A stretch of 50,521 nucleotides of DNA from an uncultured Candidatus Saccharibacteria bacterium (GCA_964565215.1 CAZMCO010000003.1:1-50521), one strand, 5' to 3'. Positions 1 to 9,388 are shown, counted from the stretch's first letter. Translations and numbers: made by a program. The notes: generated from the letters alone by a model not told the origin.

Positions 1-149
1 GCGGAAGTGCATGGGTGTGATCGAACAACTATTCCGATGATGCGACTGACGGGATTGGAACAGGTGGCGAAGAGTAGAGAGAGATAGTCAGCGAGGGAAC
101 TATACCGTCAGATTGAGAGGCTGATGCACCAGCCGCAGCTTTTGCCTTA

Positions 150-3074
150 ATGAATTCTACTCGGGTGCCCTTTACTAAGATTAATTTAACGGCCACAGGC
201 GGCGATGTAATCATTGATTCAATGAAAGTAGAGAGAACTGGCTCTCCAGCCAGCGATAGCGCTTTTAGCGGGGTTAATGTTTTGAAACCCAATGGTGATT
301 TGTTAAGTTCTACTTACAAGACACTTAATTCTGTTCATCAGGCTACCTTTACTGAAAACATTACTATATCTAACGGTACTACCGCTAGTTATGTATTAGT
401 AGGTAAAATAGCTGATGTGACCACTTACGCTGGTGAAGTGCCAACATTGTCTTTAGTTAGTGTGACTTTATCAGGCAGCGCGGCTCTTAACGCTACTTTG
501 CCGATTGCAGGTAATTCAATGACCATTAATGGCACCGTTAATATTGCTGATTTAACCCTATCTGAAACTCCTGACGTAGGGACGGCTACTAAAGAAGTGG
601 GCACGACGGATTTTGATTTTGTTCATGTAAAATTGACTAATTCAGCCAGTGATGCTGATATTCAGATTGAATCAATTAAATTCAATAACGTTGGTTCAGC
701 TGATGACGCTGACTTGGCTAATATGAAATTGCTTTACTATAACACTAGTGAAGTTTTAGCCACGGCTGATATGGTCAGTAATTACATTTACTTTGACCTA
801 AGCGGTTGCGGCGATACTTGTAAGATTGGCAAGGGTAAGAACAAGACCTTTACTTTAAGGGGTGATATTATTGGCGGTTCGGGCAGGACTTTAGATTTTG
901 ACCTCAAAAGAGTTGAACATGTGGTAGCCAAAGATTTGCTTAATAATGTTTGGATAACTCCTAGTGGGACAATCGATTATGGTAATGAAATTACTATCTC
1001 TCGTGGTAAATTGAATGTTAATAAGACCGATACAGTCAAGACCGGCAATATTGCTGGTGATGCCAGTGATGTAGAATTAGGTTCTTGGAACTTCAAAGTA
1101 AAGGGTGAGTCAATTACAATTAGCACAATTTTGTTTGATATGGATAACGAAGGAGCTAGCGCTTCATCAACTGACTTTACTAATTTGGTCTTAACTAATA
1201 GAACTACTGGCGAAACATTAACTGGTGGGAATAGTGGTGTTAATGATACTACTGGTGGAGATGGTTACGTAACCTTTTCTGATTCCTTTACTTTGCCAAT
1301 TGGCGATAATGAAATTATTCTGACCGGTACGATTAATTCTGACCCAACGGCTAATGATACAATCCAATTTGGAGTTGACTTTCTGCTTGACGCCAATCTA
1401 GACGCGACTGGTGATGTTACCGGCGATGCTATTACTATTGTGTCGGCCGCTTATGCCACACCAAATGCAGAAATTGACGCTAATAAGCAGACCTTTAAGG
1501 CTTTGGCTTTGGCAGTAACTACCTTAAGTCAACCAGCGGCCAAGACCGTTGCAGCTGGGACTTCTAACATTCATTACAGCACAATCAGCTTTGACGCTTC
1601 TGATTCCAGTGAAGATGTTAAAGTAACTCAATTCAAGATTACTTTAATGACTGGCGCTGTTGCCAAGGCTAATGAAATTCAGAACATTAAGTTTGAGGTA
1701 GATGGCACAGACATAGGCGTAACTAAAAATGGTTCAGAAAGTGCTGATAATACTAATGAACAAATCACAGTATCATTAAGCGGCGATGAACAGTTTGTAG
1801 TCACTAAAGGCACCACTGCCACGATGAATGTTTACGCTGACTTGGCGGCTGGCGCTACAGCGGGTAGCACTGGCACCCACCGACTTCAGATTAGCAGCGT
1901 CAGCCCGACTGCTGATACAGTAACGGCTATTGGCGCGACCAGCGGCAATGACATTACAGAAGGTATCTCTTCAGCCATAGCTAATAATGTTACTGTGGGC
2001 ACAGCTGGCGGCACAGTCAAAGTTACGGCGGATTCTTCCAATCCAACTGGCACAATATTTGCCGCTGGAACAACTGGTGTTACCTTAGCGGCCTTTAAGT
2101 TCTTAGCGACCAGTACCGAAAATGTTGAGTTAGATTATATCTATTTGACTCAGCTAATAAGTACCGATACTGATACATCTTCTTACTTAGATTACGACCG
2201 TATATATTTTGAGGATGAAGATGGCGTTGAAATGGCTAGTATGAGTCCAACCAGCACTATGCCCAAGATGAATTTTGCTGATGATGCTTTTGTCGTAGAT
2301 ATCAGTGATACTGACGGAGCTATTCTCTACCTTAAAGCTGATTTAGCGGCTATTGGCAGTGGATATAATGGGGTAGCTGGTCATTATCTTGGTTATAAGA
2401 TTGCTGCGGATGCTGATGTAGTAGCGGCTGGTGCTTTATCTGGCACTGGTTCTCATGAATATATCAGCTCACCAGACGGTAATACCTTCTATGTTTATAT
2501 CAGTTATCCAACTTTTGCCAAGGTAGCCATAGACAGTACTTTAGCTAATGGCACAAATGACTTATATAAGTTTAGTGTGACAGCTGATTCAAGTGGTGAT
2601 ATTGCTTTATATCAGTTTACCTTTGATATTGCCACGACTGGTTGTATCGTAACTGACTTGTATGTCTATAATGTGACCACAGCAAGTGAAGTGGTCTTAA
2701 ATGAGACAGCTGGTTCTGCTCCACTTAAAGTATGGCAGACAGTTGGTACTAACTGGACAACCAGTTACTCAGGTGATGAAGTAGTTGTTCCTAAGGGGAC
2801 AGCCTATACTTTTGTCCTGCGTGGCGAGGTAACTGCGGCTAGCTCGGGTGATTCTATAAAGACGAGAGTAGCTGGTGATTCAGTTCATCTTACTCTTGGC
2901 GCAGATACCTTAATGGATACGGCTGATAATGTTGATGGTGATGCTCATGACGACTTTATCTGGTCTGATAAGAGCAATGGCGCTCACACTACAGGCACTA
3001 CTGACTGGACCAACGGTTACTTAGTACCTGGCTTGTCTTCCAGTTCTAGTACGGCTCAAACGCTTAGCTTGTAA
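150..3074 (+). CDS. Large Thr/Ser/Gly/Ala/Asp-rich modular cell-surface (S-layer/adhesin-like) protein, about six degenerate 150-170 aa beta-rich modules
   Basis: 974-aa ORF with locally higher GC than the rest of the window. A module signature recurs: VPFTKINLTATGGDVIIDSMKV; FDFVHVKLTNSASDADIQIESIKFNN; VELGSWNFKVKGESITISTILFD; IHYSTISFDASDSSEDVKVTQFKITL; VTLAAFKFLATSTENVELDYIYLTQ; DLYKFSVTADSSGDIALYQFTFDI. A strong terminator follows the stop. There is no signal peptide after the first Met, so the 5' end is uncertain. Confidence 0.7.
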   Translation: MNSTRVPFTKINLTATGGDVIIDSMKVERTGSPASDSAFSGVNVLKPNGDLLSSTYKTLNSVHQATFTENITISNGTTASYVLVGKIADVTTYAGEVPTLSLVSVTLSGSAALNATLPIAGNSMTINGTVNIADLTLSETPDVGTATKEVGTTDFDFVHVKLTNSASDADIQIESIKFNNVGSADDADLANMKLLYYNTSEVLATADMVSNYIYFDLSGCGDTCKIGKGKNKTFTLRGDIIGGSGRTLDFDLKRVEHVVAKDLLNNVWITPSGTIDYGNEITISRGKLNVNKTDTVKTGNIAGDASDVELGSWNFKVKGESITISTILFDMDNEGASASSTDFTNLVLTNRTTGETLTGGNSGVNDTTGGDGYVTFSDSFTLPIGDNEIILTGTINSDPTANDTIQFGVDFLLDANLDATGDVTGDAITIVSAAYATPNAEIDANKQTFKALALAVTTLSQPAAKTVAAGTSNIHYSTISFDASDSSEDVKVTQFKITLMTGAVAKANEIQNIKFEVDGTDIGVTKNGSESADNTNEQITVSLSGDEQFVVTKGTTATMNVYADLAAGATAGSTGTHRLQISSVSPTADTVTAIGATSGNDITEGISSAIANNVTVGTAGGTVKVTADSSNPTGTIFAAGTTGVTLAAFKFLATSTENVELDYIYLTQLISTDTDTSSYLDYDRIYFEDEDGVEMASMSPTSTMPKMNFADDAFVVDISDTDGAILYLKADLAAIGSGYNGVAGHYLGYKIAADADVVAAGALSGTGSHEYISSPDGNTFYVYISYPTFAKVAIDSTLANGTNDLYKFSVTADSSGDIALYQFTFDIATTGCIVTDLYVYNVTTASEVVLNETAGSAPLKVWQTVGTNWTTSYSGDEVVVPKGTAYTFVLRGEVTAASSGDSIKTRVAGDSVHLTLGADTLMDTADNVDGDAHDDFIWSDKSNGAHTTGTTDWTNGYLVPGLSSSSSTAQTLSL

Positions 3075-3102
3075 TCTCTCTGTTTCCTTGTTCAGAGAAA
3101 AA

Positions 3103-3134
3103 AGAGCCCTGACTTGTCAGGGCTCTTTTGTTTT
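3103..3134 (+). terminator. Rho-independent terminator after the surface-protein gene
   Basis: Perfect 11-bp GC-containing stem, agagccctgac (3103-3113) / gtcagggctct (3116-3126), with a tiny loop, followed by ttttgtttt. Confidence 0.85.
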
Positions 3135-3142
3135 GGTAGGAT
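3114..3142 (+). promoter_or_regulatory. Candidate sigma-70-type promoter, TTGTCA-N17-TAGGAT, ending 6 nt before the ATG at 3149
   Basis: ttgtca at 3114-3119, exact 17-nt spacer, taggat at 3137-3142, then 6 nt to the start codon. The -10 is weak and the -35 lies inside the terminator hairpin. Confidence 0.25.
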
Positions 3143-3148
3143 TGTAAT

Positions 3149-3826
3149 ATGAGAAGCAAAATATTATTTTTATTAGTTGTTTTATTGATTATTGCCGGAG
3201 CAATTTTTTATTTTTGGTTAGAAAGAGAAAAAAATTCTATTCAAACTTTGGAAGACCAAGAAGAACAATTATTCAATATTACCCCACCGACTGATTTTGA
3301 CGAGTATCAAATAGATAGAGTTAATGGAAAATTAGGCGACTTAAAAAAAATGTATCAAGAAGATAAAGAAGATACTAATTTCTGGCTCGGCTTGGGTAAT
3401 CTGAGAAATTTTGTCCGAGATGAGCAAGGAGCCATTAGCGCTTATCAGAAATGCTTGGAAATCAATCCATTAAATATGGTGGCTAATATTAATATAGCTG
3501 ATGTTTATGAAAAAAAATTAGAGGACTTTCCTAAAGCCGAGGAATATTATAAAAAGGCCATTGATAATCAATTTAATAATCCAGATTTATATAATCGGCT
3601 GGGACGGCTTTATTATTTAAAGATGGATTGGCCAGCCGAAGCCGAAAAAACATTTTTAGAAGGACTGGAAAAAACTGATAATTTTCCGGACTTATTAGTC
3701 GGTTTGATAAATTTTTATAAGCAACAAAACAGAACAGAAGATGAAATTAAATATATCAAAATTTTATTAGAGCTTTACCCTGATAATCAACTTTATCAGC
3801 AAGCATATTCAAAATTTATAGAATAA
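3149..3826 (+). CDS. Membrane-anchored TPR repeat protein
   Basis: N-terminal hydrophobic helix (ILFLLVVLLIIAGAIFYFWL) followed by TPR-like repeats (AISAYQKCLEINPLN, AEEYYKKAIDNQFNNPDLYNRLGRLYY). Its stop lies 1 nt before the next gene. Confidence 0.7.
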   Translation: MRSKILFLLVVLLIIAGAIFYFWLEREKNSIQTLEDQEEQLFNITPPTDFDEYQIDRVNGKLGDLKKMYQEDKEDTNFWLGLGNLRNFVRDEQGAISAYQKCLEINPLNMVANINIADVYEKKLEDFPKAEEYYKKAIDNQFNNPDLYNRLGRLYYLKMDWPAEAEKTFLEGLEKTDNFPDLLVGLINFYKQQNRTEDEIKYIKILLELYPDNQLYQQAYSKFIE

Positions 3827-3827
3827 T

Positions 3828-5990
3828 ATGTTTTACAAAGCACTGGAAAAAATATTGATTTTTGGCTTACCCATTGGTTTAGCTGTTCCTCTTTTAATGG
3901 ACAAGCATTTTTTGTTTCCTTTTATTACAGTTAAAACCTATTTTTTCTATATCTTAGTAGATATTCTTTTTTGCTGCTATCTCTTGCTCTTGACTAAAAA
4001 AAAGCTTTATCCGTTAAAAAGCAAATTAAGCTATTTTTTATTTGGACTAATTGCTTTACGTTTTTTACTAGATATTTTGGGAATTAACTTTACTAGAAGC
4101 TTTTGGGGAAATTATGAAAGAATGCTCGGGCTATATACTTGGCTCCATATTTTAATCTATTTATGGATGATTTTGAGTATCTATAGTATTCGTGAGAAGT
4201 ATATAAACTTATTTAAAATCAGTGTTTTTGTCAGTTTATTAGTCAGTATCTACGGTATTTGCCAAAAATTCGGCCTATATTTTTGGGTCGTCTTAGAGAC
4301 AGGCGATGAACGAGTTTATTCCACTTTGGGCAATGCGGCTTTTTTGGCTGGTTATCTATTAATTAATGTATTTTTTGCCTTATATTTATTTGGCAGAAAG
4401 AAGAATTTATCTTGGCGGTTCTTTTATGGTCTAGTTATAGTAATAAATTTATTTGTTCTGTTTTCTACAGCCACCCGGGGGGCCATGGTCGGTCTTTTAG
4501 TCGCCATGATGGTGATGTTTTTGTTTGCTTTGCTCTTCTATAAAGATAGAAAGGTTAAAATAATTTCCGGGCTGCTCTTGTTATTGATAATTTTAGGCAG
4601 CTTTTCTATCTTTATGCTTAAAGATACTTGGCTGATAAAAAACAACTTAGCCCTTCGTCGTATCAGCCAGATTAATTTAGAAGAAGGAACGACTAAATCA
4701 AGATTGCTTTTATGGAAAATGAGCTGGCAGGCCTTCCAAGATAGATTTTTGTTTGGTTACGGCGATAATAATCTGATTATTCCCTTGGATAGATACCATG
4801 ATTTTGAATTGACTAGTGATTGGTTTGACAGTTCGCACAATCAATTTTTTGATGAACTGTTAACTCATGGAATAATTGGTTTAATAGCTTATCTTTTATT
4901 TTTATTCTTAATCTTTAAACAAATCATTAAAGAGAAATCTAATGATTTTTGGTTAAGTATTGTCTTTTTAGGTTTACTAACTGCTTATTTAGTCCAGAAT
5001 TTATTTATTTTTGACACTTTAACCATTATCTTGTTATTTATTTTATTTTTCGGATTTTTGTCTTTAAAAACAGATGCCAAGAAAGAAATAATGATTAATA
5101 AAACTTTACCTAAAAGTTTAACAAAACTTTTTGTGGTAGTTATTTTAATTTTAGTCAGTTTTGTTTATTTACATACTATTCCTCCCTTAGTTAAAATAGT
5201 TCAAGGTCAGAAATATATTAAAGTTGACATTGATAAAACAACTAAAATGTTTAAAGAGGCAGAAGAACAGGCTTGGTTTGGCTATGATAATCTAGCTCCT
5301 TTAATGGCTGAAAATGCCTTAATGGTTTTAAAACAGCCAGAGAATTATAATATCAATCAATTAGCCAGATATATGTCGGTGGTTATAGCTACTTATAAAA
5401 AAGCTATTATTGCTTCAAATAATTATTCCAAATTTTACATTAATTTAGCCAAACTATATCAAACAGCCAGAATAATTAACCCAAATTTTGTTGATCAATC
5501 TATTGATTTATTAAAACAGGCCCAAGAATATTCTCCCAATAGAATTGATATATATTATGTTTTAGCTCAAGGGTATTTTTATAAAGACGATATTACTTCG
5601 GCAGAAAATATTCTCAAAGAGGCGCTCAAATTGAATGTTCGTCAGGCTAATGTTTATTCAAGCTTGGCTGAAATTCAATTTAGAAAAGGCGAACCAGCCG
5701 ATGGTTTTGAGAGTTTGGAAATGGCTGAACAGTTTAATAGAAAAATAAGCTTTGAACAATGGGAAAAATTCGCTCAAATTTTAGTCGTCAGAGAAAAATG
5801 GCCAGATGTTTTAAAAACATTTTTTGAAGTAGATAAGCTAAGACCAAATGAAGTCAATGTTTATTTTAATATCGCCTTGACTTATAAAAAAATGGGCCAT
5901 AAAGAAAAAGCCAGAGAATTCGCTTTAAAAATTTTAGAAATAGATCCTCAAGCAAGAGAAATGGTTAATGCCTTTTTAAACACCTTGTAG
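3828..5990 (+). CDS. O-antigen ligase/polymerase-like (Wzy_C family) polytopic membrane protein with C-terminal TPR domain
   Basis: About 12 predicted TM helices. Wzy_C-type motifs are STATRGAMVG and SSHNQFFDELLTHGIIGL. The C-terminal ~250 aa are TPR-like (YYVLAQGYFYKDDITSAENILKEALKLN, YFNIALTYKKMGHKEKAREFALKILEIDP). Paralog of 35440-37614. Confidence 0.8.
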   Translation: MFYKALEKILIFGLPIGLAVPLLMDKHFLFPFITVKTYFFYILVDILFCCYLLLLTKKKLYPLKSKLSYFLFGLIALRFLLDILGINFTRSFWGNYERMLGLYTWLHILIYLWMILSIYSIREKYINLFKISVFVSLLVSIYGICQKFGLYFWVVLETGDERVYSTLGNAAFLAGYLLINVFFALYLFGRKKNLSWRFFYGLVIVINLFVLFSTATRGAMVGLLVAMMVMFLFALLFYKDRKVKIISGLLLLLIILGSFSIFMLKDTWLIKNNLALRRISQINLEEGTTKSRLLLWKMSWQAFQDRFLFGYGDNNLIIPLDRYHDFELTSDWFDSSHNQFFDELLTHGIIGLIAYLLFLFLIFKQIIKEKSNDFWLSIVFLGLLTAYLVQNLFIFDTLTIILLFILFFGFLSLKTDAKKEIMINKTLPKSLTKLFVVVILILVSFVYLHTIPPLVKIVQGQKYIKVDIDKTTKMFKEAEEQAWFGYDNLAPLMAENALMVLKQPENYNINQLARYMSVVIATYKKAIIASNNYSKFYINLAKLYQTARIINPNFVDQSIDLLKQAQEYSPNRIDIYYVLAQGYFYKDDITSAENILKEALKLNVRQANVYSSLAEIQFRKGEPADGFESLEMAEQFNRKISFEQWEKFAQILVVREKWPDVLKTFFEVDKLRPNEVNVYFNIALTYKKMGHKEKAREFALKILEIDPQAREMVNAFLNTL

Positions 5991-6021
5991 TTTAAAAGGG
6001 TATGTATTTTAAGGACGGGCC

Positions 6022-7116
6022 TTAAATGTAGAGCCTTTTTGTTTTTCGGAGCATTTTTTCTAAACTGAATTCTTTAATTGCTTTTTGAAGAGCTTCTTGG
6101 GCTAAGTTTTGAGCTATTTTTGGATTGTTTATCAGATAGAGAATCTTAGCAGCTAATTGTTGGCTGTTTTTTGATGGGACTAGGTTTGAAGAAAGCATTT
6201 CCGGCACTCCACCAACTTTGGTAGCGACAATCGGTATTTGAGCGGCCATGGCTTCTAAAATAGTATAAGGCAGGCCTTCTTTAAGCGAGGGTAAGACAAA
6301 AATATCAAAGGCCTTAAGATAAGAAACAGCCTGGTCAATAAATTCAATTAAATGGATATTTTTATGCTTTTTAGCCAGCTGATACATTTTTTCTTTATCT
6401 GGATTTTCACCACTGCCGATTAAGACTAAATCAAATTGACCAGCTGCCTTAATTAGATAAACCAATCCTTTGTTTTTAGTCCATTCAGCGATTGTCCCAA
6501 TAACCAAAGGAGAGGTTCGGCCAAGTAGTTTTTTTTGGGCTTGTTGTTGAGAAAGAAAAGAAATCGCCTTAATATCAATACCATTATGAATAGTCACCAA
6601 CTTATTAGCCGGGGCAATTTTATTTTTAATGGCTATCTGTTGATCATATTTAGAAACACAGATTATTTTATCATAGAATAAGGCAGTTAATTTACTAAAA
6701 ATTTTAATTAAAAAAATTTGCCAATTGGGTCTGTCTTCATTAAAAGCCCAGCCATGAACAGTGAAAATTAGGCGGGTTTTCCGACTGGCGATTCGGGCCG
6801 CTAAGCCAACCAAGCCACCGGCCTTGGAGCTATTAACATGGATGACGTCTGGCCTTAATTGAAAAAGTAATCCTAATATTTCGAAAAAAGCAAAAAAATC
6901 CTTAAAAGGATTGATTGTTCTTTGGAAATTGTTAATTTGATAATAAGGAATATTAGCTTGTTTAATTTTTTGAGCGAATTTTCCCTGGCCGCCAGCGGCG
7001 ATAAGTACCCTAAATTCATCTTTAGATAAATGAGTGGCTAAATCATAAACATATTTAGCGGCCCCGCCCCAGACCGATTTAGTAATAATATATAAGCAAG
7101 TTGATTTTTTAGTCAT
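6022..7116 (-). CDS. Glycosyltransferase, GT4 family (GT-B fold)
   Basis: N-terminal GGAAKYVYDL and the C-terminal EX7E region LPSLKEGLPYTILEAMAAQIPIVATKVGGVPEM. Confidence 0.85.
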   Translation of the reverse strand: MTKKSTCLYIITKSVWGGAAKYVYDLATHLSKDEFRVLIAAGGQGKFAQKIKQANIPYYQINNFQRTINPFKDFFAFFEILGLLFQLRPDVIHVNSSKAGGLVGLAARIASRKTRLIFTVHGWAFNEDRPNWQIFLIKIFSKLTALFYDKIICVSKYDQQIAIKNKIAPANKLVTIHNGIDIKAISFLSQQQAQKKLLGRTSPLVIGTIAEWTKNKGLVYLIKAAGQFDLVLIGSGENPDKEKMYQLAKKHKNIHLIEFIDQAVSYLKAFDIFVLPSLKEGLPYTILEAMAAQIPIVATKVGGVPEMLSSNLVPSKNSQQLAAKILYLINNPKIAQNLAQEALQKAIKEFSLEKMLRKTKRLYI

Positions 7117-7138
7117 TTTATAGTATCTTAGACGATAT

Positions 7139-8242
7139 ATGGCTAATAATCAAGCCAAAAAAAGCATCCTTATTTTTTCCACAGCTTATTTCCCTTTGGT
7201 TGGCGGGGCTGAAGTAGCTGTTAAAGAAATTACTCAACGATTGCCTGATTGGCAGTTTGATATGATTACGGCTAAAATCCAGTCAGGACTGGCTAAATTT
7301 GAAAGAATAGGCAATATAAATGTCTATCGGGTCGGCTTTGGTCTTGGGTTTGATAAATTTCTCTTGCCTTTTTTAGGTCTTTTAAAAGCAAAGAAGTTAG
7401 AGCAAAAAAATCATTATAATCTGACTTGGTCAATTATGGCTTCTTACGGAGGTTTTTTAGGCTTATTTTTTAAGCGCTTCTATCTAAAAAAACCCTGGCT
7501 TTTAACTTTACAGGAGGGAGATCCTCCAAAAGATATTTTAAGAAAAGTTGGCATATTTAAAAAATGGTTCCACCAGATTTTTCAAAAAGCAGATTATTTC
7601 CAGGCAATTAGCGGCTTTTTATATGATTGGGCTATGAAAATGGGAGCCAGGTCAGGTGAAATAGTCCCTAATGGAGTCAACGTAGAAAAATTCAAAATTC
7701 AAAATTCAAAATCCAAAAAAGAGAAAGTGATTATCACGGTTTCGCGATTAGTTAAAAAGAATGGGATAGATGATTTAATAAAATCAGTTGCTCGATTAGA
7801 TATAAAGTTATTAATTTTAGGGACAGGGTCAGAGGAAAGTAAATTAAAAACACTGGCCAGAAAATTAAATCTTCAGGATAAAGTTGAATTTGTTGGCTAT
7901 GTTCAATATAATGATTTGCCTAAATATTATTCTTCAGCTGATGTTTTTGTTCGGCCTTCTTTATCTGAAGGATTAGGTAATGTTTTTTTGGAAGCGATGG
8001 CTTGTGGTGTTCCAATAATTGGCACGCCAGTTGGCGGTATTCCTGATTTTTTAGAAGATAGAAAAACTGGTTTATTTTGTCAGGTTAATAATCCTCAAGA
8101 TATTGCTAAGAAAATTAAAGAAATTTTAGAAAATGATGAACTACGAAAAAGTATGGTCAATAATGGTTTGAATTTAGTTAAAGATAAATATTCTTGGGAT
8201 AAAATTAGTTTAAAAATGGAGAAGATTTTTAAGAAGTTATGA
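7139..8242 (+). CDS. Glycosyltransferase, GT4 family
   Basis: FPLVGGAEVAV N-terminus and RPSLSEGLGNVFLEAMACGVPIIGTPVGGIPDF. Its stop overlaps the next start (ATGA). Confidence 0.85.
   Translation: MANNQAKKSILIFSTAYFPLVGGAEVAVKEITQRLPDWQFDMITAKIQSGLAKFERIGNINVYRVGFGLGFDKFLLPFLGLLKAKKLEQKNHYNLTWSIMASYGGFLGLFFKRFYLKKPWLLTLQEGDPPKDILRKVGIFKKWFHQIFQKADYFQAISGFLYDWAMKMGARSGEIVPNGVNVEKFKIQNSKSKKEKVIITVSRLVKKNGIDDLIKSVARLDIKLLILGTGSEESKLKTLARKLNLQDKVEFVGYVQYNDLPKYYSSADVFVRPSLSEGLGNVFLEAMACGVPIIGTPVGGIPDFLEDRKTGLFCQVNNPQDIAKKIKEILENDELRKSMVNNGLNLVKDKYSWDKISLKMEKIFKKL
7687..7714 (+). repeat. Tandem heptanucleotide repeat (aaaattc x3 plus aaaatcc) inside the GT4 coding sequence
   Basis: Read directly: aaaattc at 7687-7693, 7694-7700 and 7701-7707, then aaaatcc at 7708-7714. 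The unit length is not a multiple of 3. Confidence 0.8.
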
Positions 8243-9387
8243 AAGACAAACGAATTTTAATTTTAACTGGTGTTTTTCCGCCGGATATTGGCGGACCAGC
8301 TACTCAATTAGATGCTTTGATTAAAGAACTGATTAAAAACGGTTATCAAGTTAGAGTTTTAACTTTTGGTTCGTCAGATAATGTGGTATATCCTTATTCA
8401 GTCAAAAGAGTTTCTAATCATTGGCCTGGTTTTTTAAAAAGTTTTGTTTATTTAAAAAAAGGTTTTTGGTATGCTTTACGGGCAGATATTTTGTATAGCC
8501 AGGATTTATATACAGCTGGCTTGACTGGTTTAATTATTAAGAAAATTTTAAGAAGACCTTTAGTTACTCGATTTGTCGGTGATTCAGCTTGGGAAACTGC
8601 TTCTTCGCGGGGCTGGATTGATGATGATATTTTGACTTTTCAAGAAAAAAAATATTCTTGGCTCATAGAATTGCGCAAGAAAATAAGAAAAAAGATATTA
8701 ATCAATTCAGATAAGATTATTGTGGTTAGTTATTTTTTACAAGATTTGGCCCAAAAAATTGGCTTAGCCAAGGAGAAAATAAAAGTTATTTATAATTCCA
8801 TTGATTTTTTAGCTATAGAGCCGGGCTTATCTAATAAGAAAGGCATCATTCTTTTAACTATGGCTCGTTTAACTCCATGGAAAGGTATTGATATGTTGAT
8901 TGAAATTATGCCCAAGTTAATTAAAAAATATGACCAGATTAATTTAATGATTGTCGGCCAGGGTTTGGAATTGGCTAATTTAAAACAATTGACTAAAAAC
9001 CTTAATTTAGAGAATAATGTCTTTTTTGTTGGTAAAGTAGGTCGTCAAGGGGTGATTGATTATCTCAAAGAAGCTGATTTATTTGTTTTAAATACTAATT
9101 ATGAAGGAATGTCGCATTGTCTTTTAGAGGCAATGAAAATAGGTCTGCCAATTATTACCACTAAAGCTGGCGGTAATCCAGAGACAATTAAAAACAATCA
9201 GACCGGTCTGCTGGTTGATTATCGGAATAAAAAACAATGGCTAGAGGCAATTAATTTGATTTTAGATAATCCAGATTTAGCAGAAAGATTGGTTAAACAG
9301 GCAAAAGAAGATTTAAAACGATTTAGCTGGTCCAAATTAGTCCAAGAGACGATAAATGTTTTTAGAAGCTTAAATTCATCGGATTAA
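8239..9387 (+). CDS. Glycosyltransferase, GT4 family
   Basis: FPPDIGGPATQ N-terminus and LNTNYEGMSHCLLEAMKIGLPIITTKAGGNPE. Confidence 0.85.
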   Translation: MKDKRILILTGVFPPDIGGPATQLDALIKELIKNGYQVRVLTFGSSDNVVYPYSVKRVSNHWPGFLKSFVYLKKGFWYALRADILYSQDLYTAGLTGLIIKKILRRPLVTRFVGDSAWETASSRGWIDDDILTFQEKKYSWLIELRKKIRKKILINSDKIIVVSYFLQDLAQKIGLAKEKIKVIYNSIDFLAIEPGLSNKKGIILLTMARLTPWKGIDMLIEIMPKLIKKYDQINLMIVGQGLELANLKQLTKNLNLENNVFFVGKVGRQGVIDYLKEADLFVLNTNYEGMSHCLLEAMKIGLPIITTKAGGNPETIKNNQTGLLVDYRNKKQWLEAINLILDNPDLAERLVKQAKEDLKRFSWSKLVQETINVFRSLNSSD

Positions 9388-9388
9388 T

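Noticed and set aside
114-116. Possibility that TGA is recoded (code 4 or 25), so that the 974-aa ORF would extend upstream
   Set aside because: Many well-supported genes here terminate at TGA, with ATGA coupling to the next gene (for example at 8239-8242, 11535-11538, 16651-16654, 30217-30220). The upstream frame also contains a TAG at 75-77. The standard code fits the whole window.
29-292. 87-aa minus-strand ORF overlapping the 5' end of the surface-protein gene
   Set aside because: It lies antisense to a GC- and Ala/Gly/Thr-rich coding region, where long antisense ORFs arise by chance. It has no motif, no promoter and no start context, and its product is low-complexity.
6009-6025. Hairpin ttaagg/ccttaa between the convergent genes ending at 5990 and 6022, as a possible bidirectional terminator
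   Set aside because: It is only 6 AT-rich base pairs, lacks flanking U-runs and overlaps the stop codon of the minus-strand gene. That is too weak to call.
7117-7138. 22-nt divergent spacer between the GT4 genes at 6022-7116 (-) and 7139-8242 (+), as a bidirectional promoter
   Set aside because: A tatagt hexamer is present (7119-7124), but no -35 lies at a workable spacing. The spacer is too short to evaluate, and the promoters probably lie inside the coding regions.
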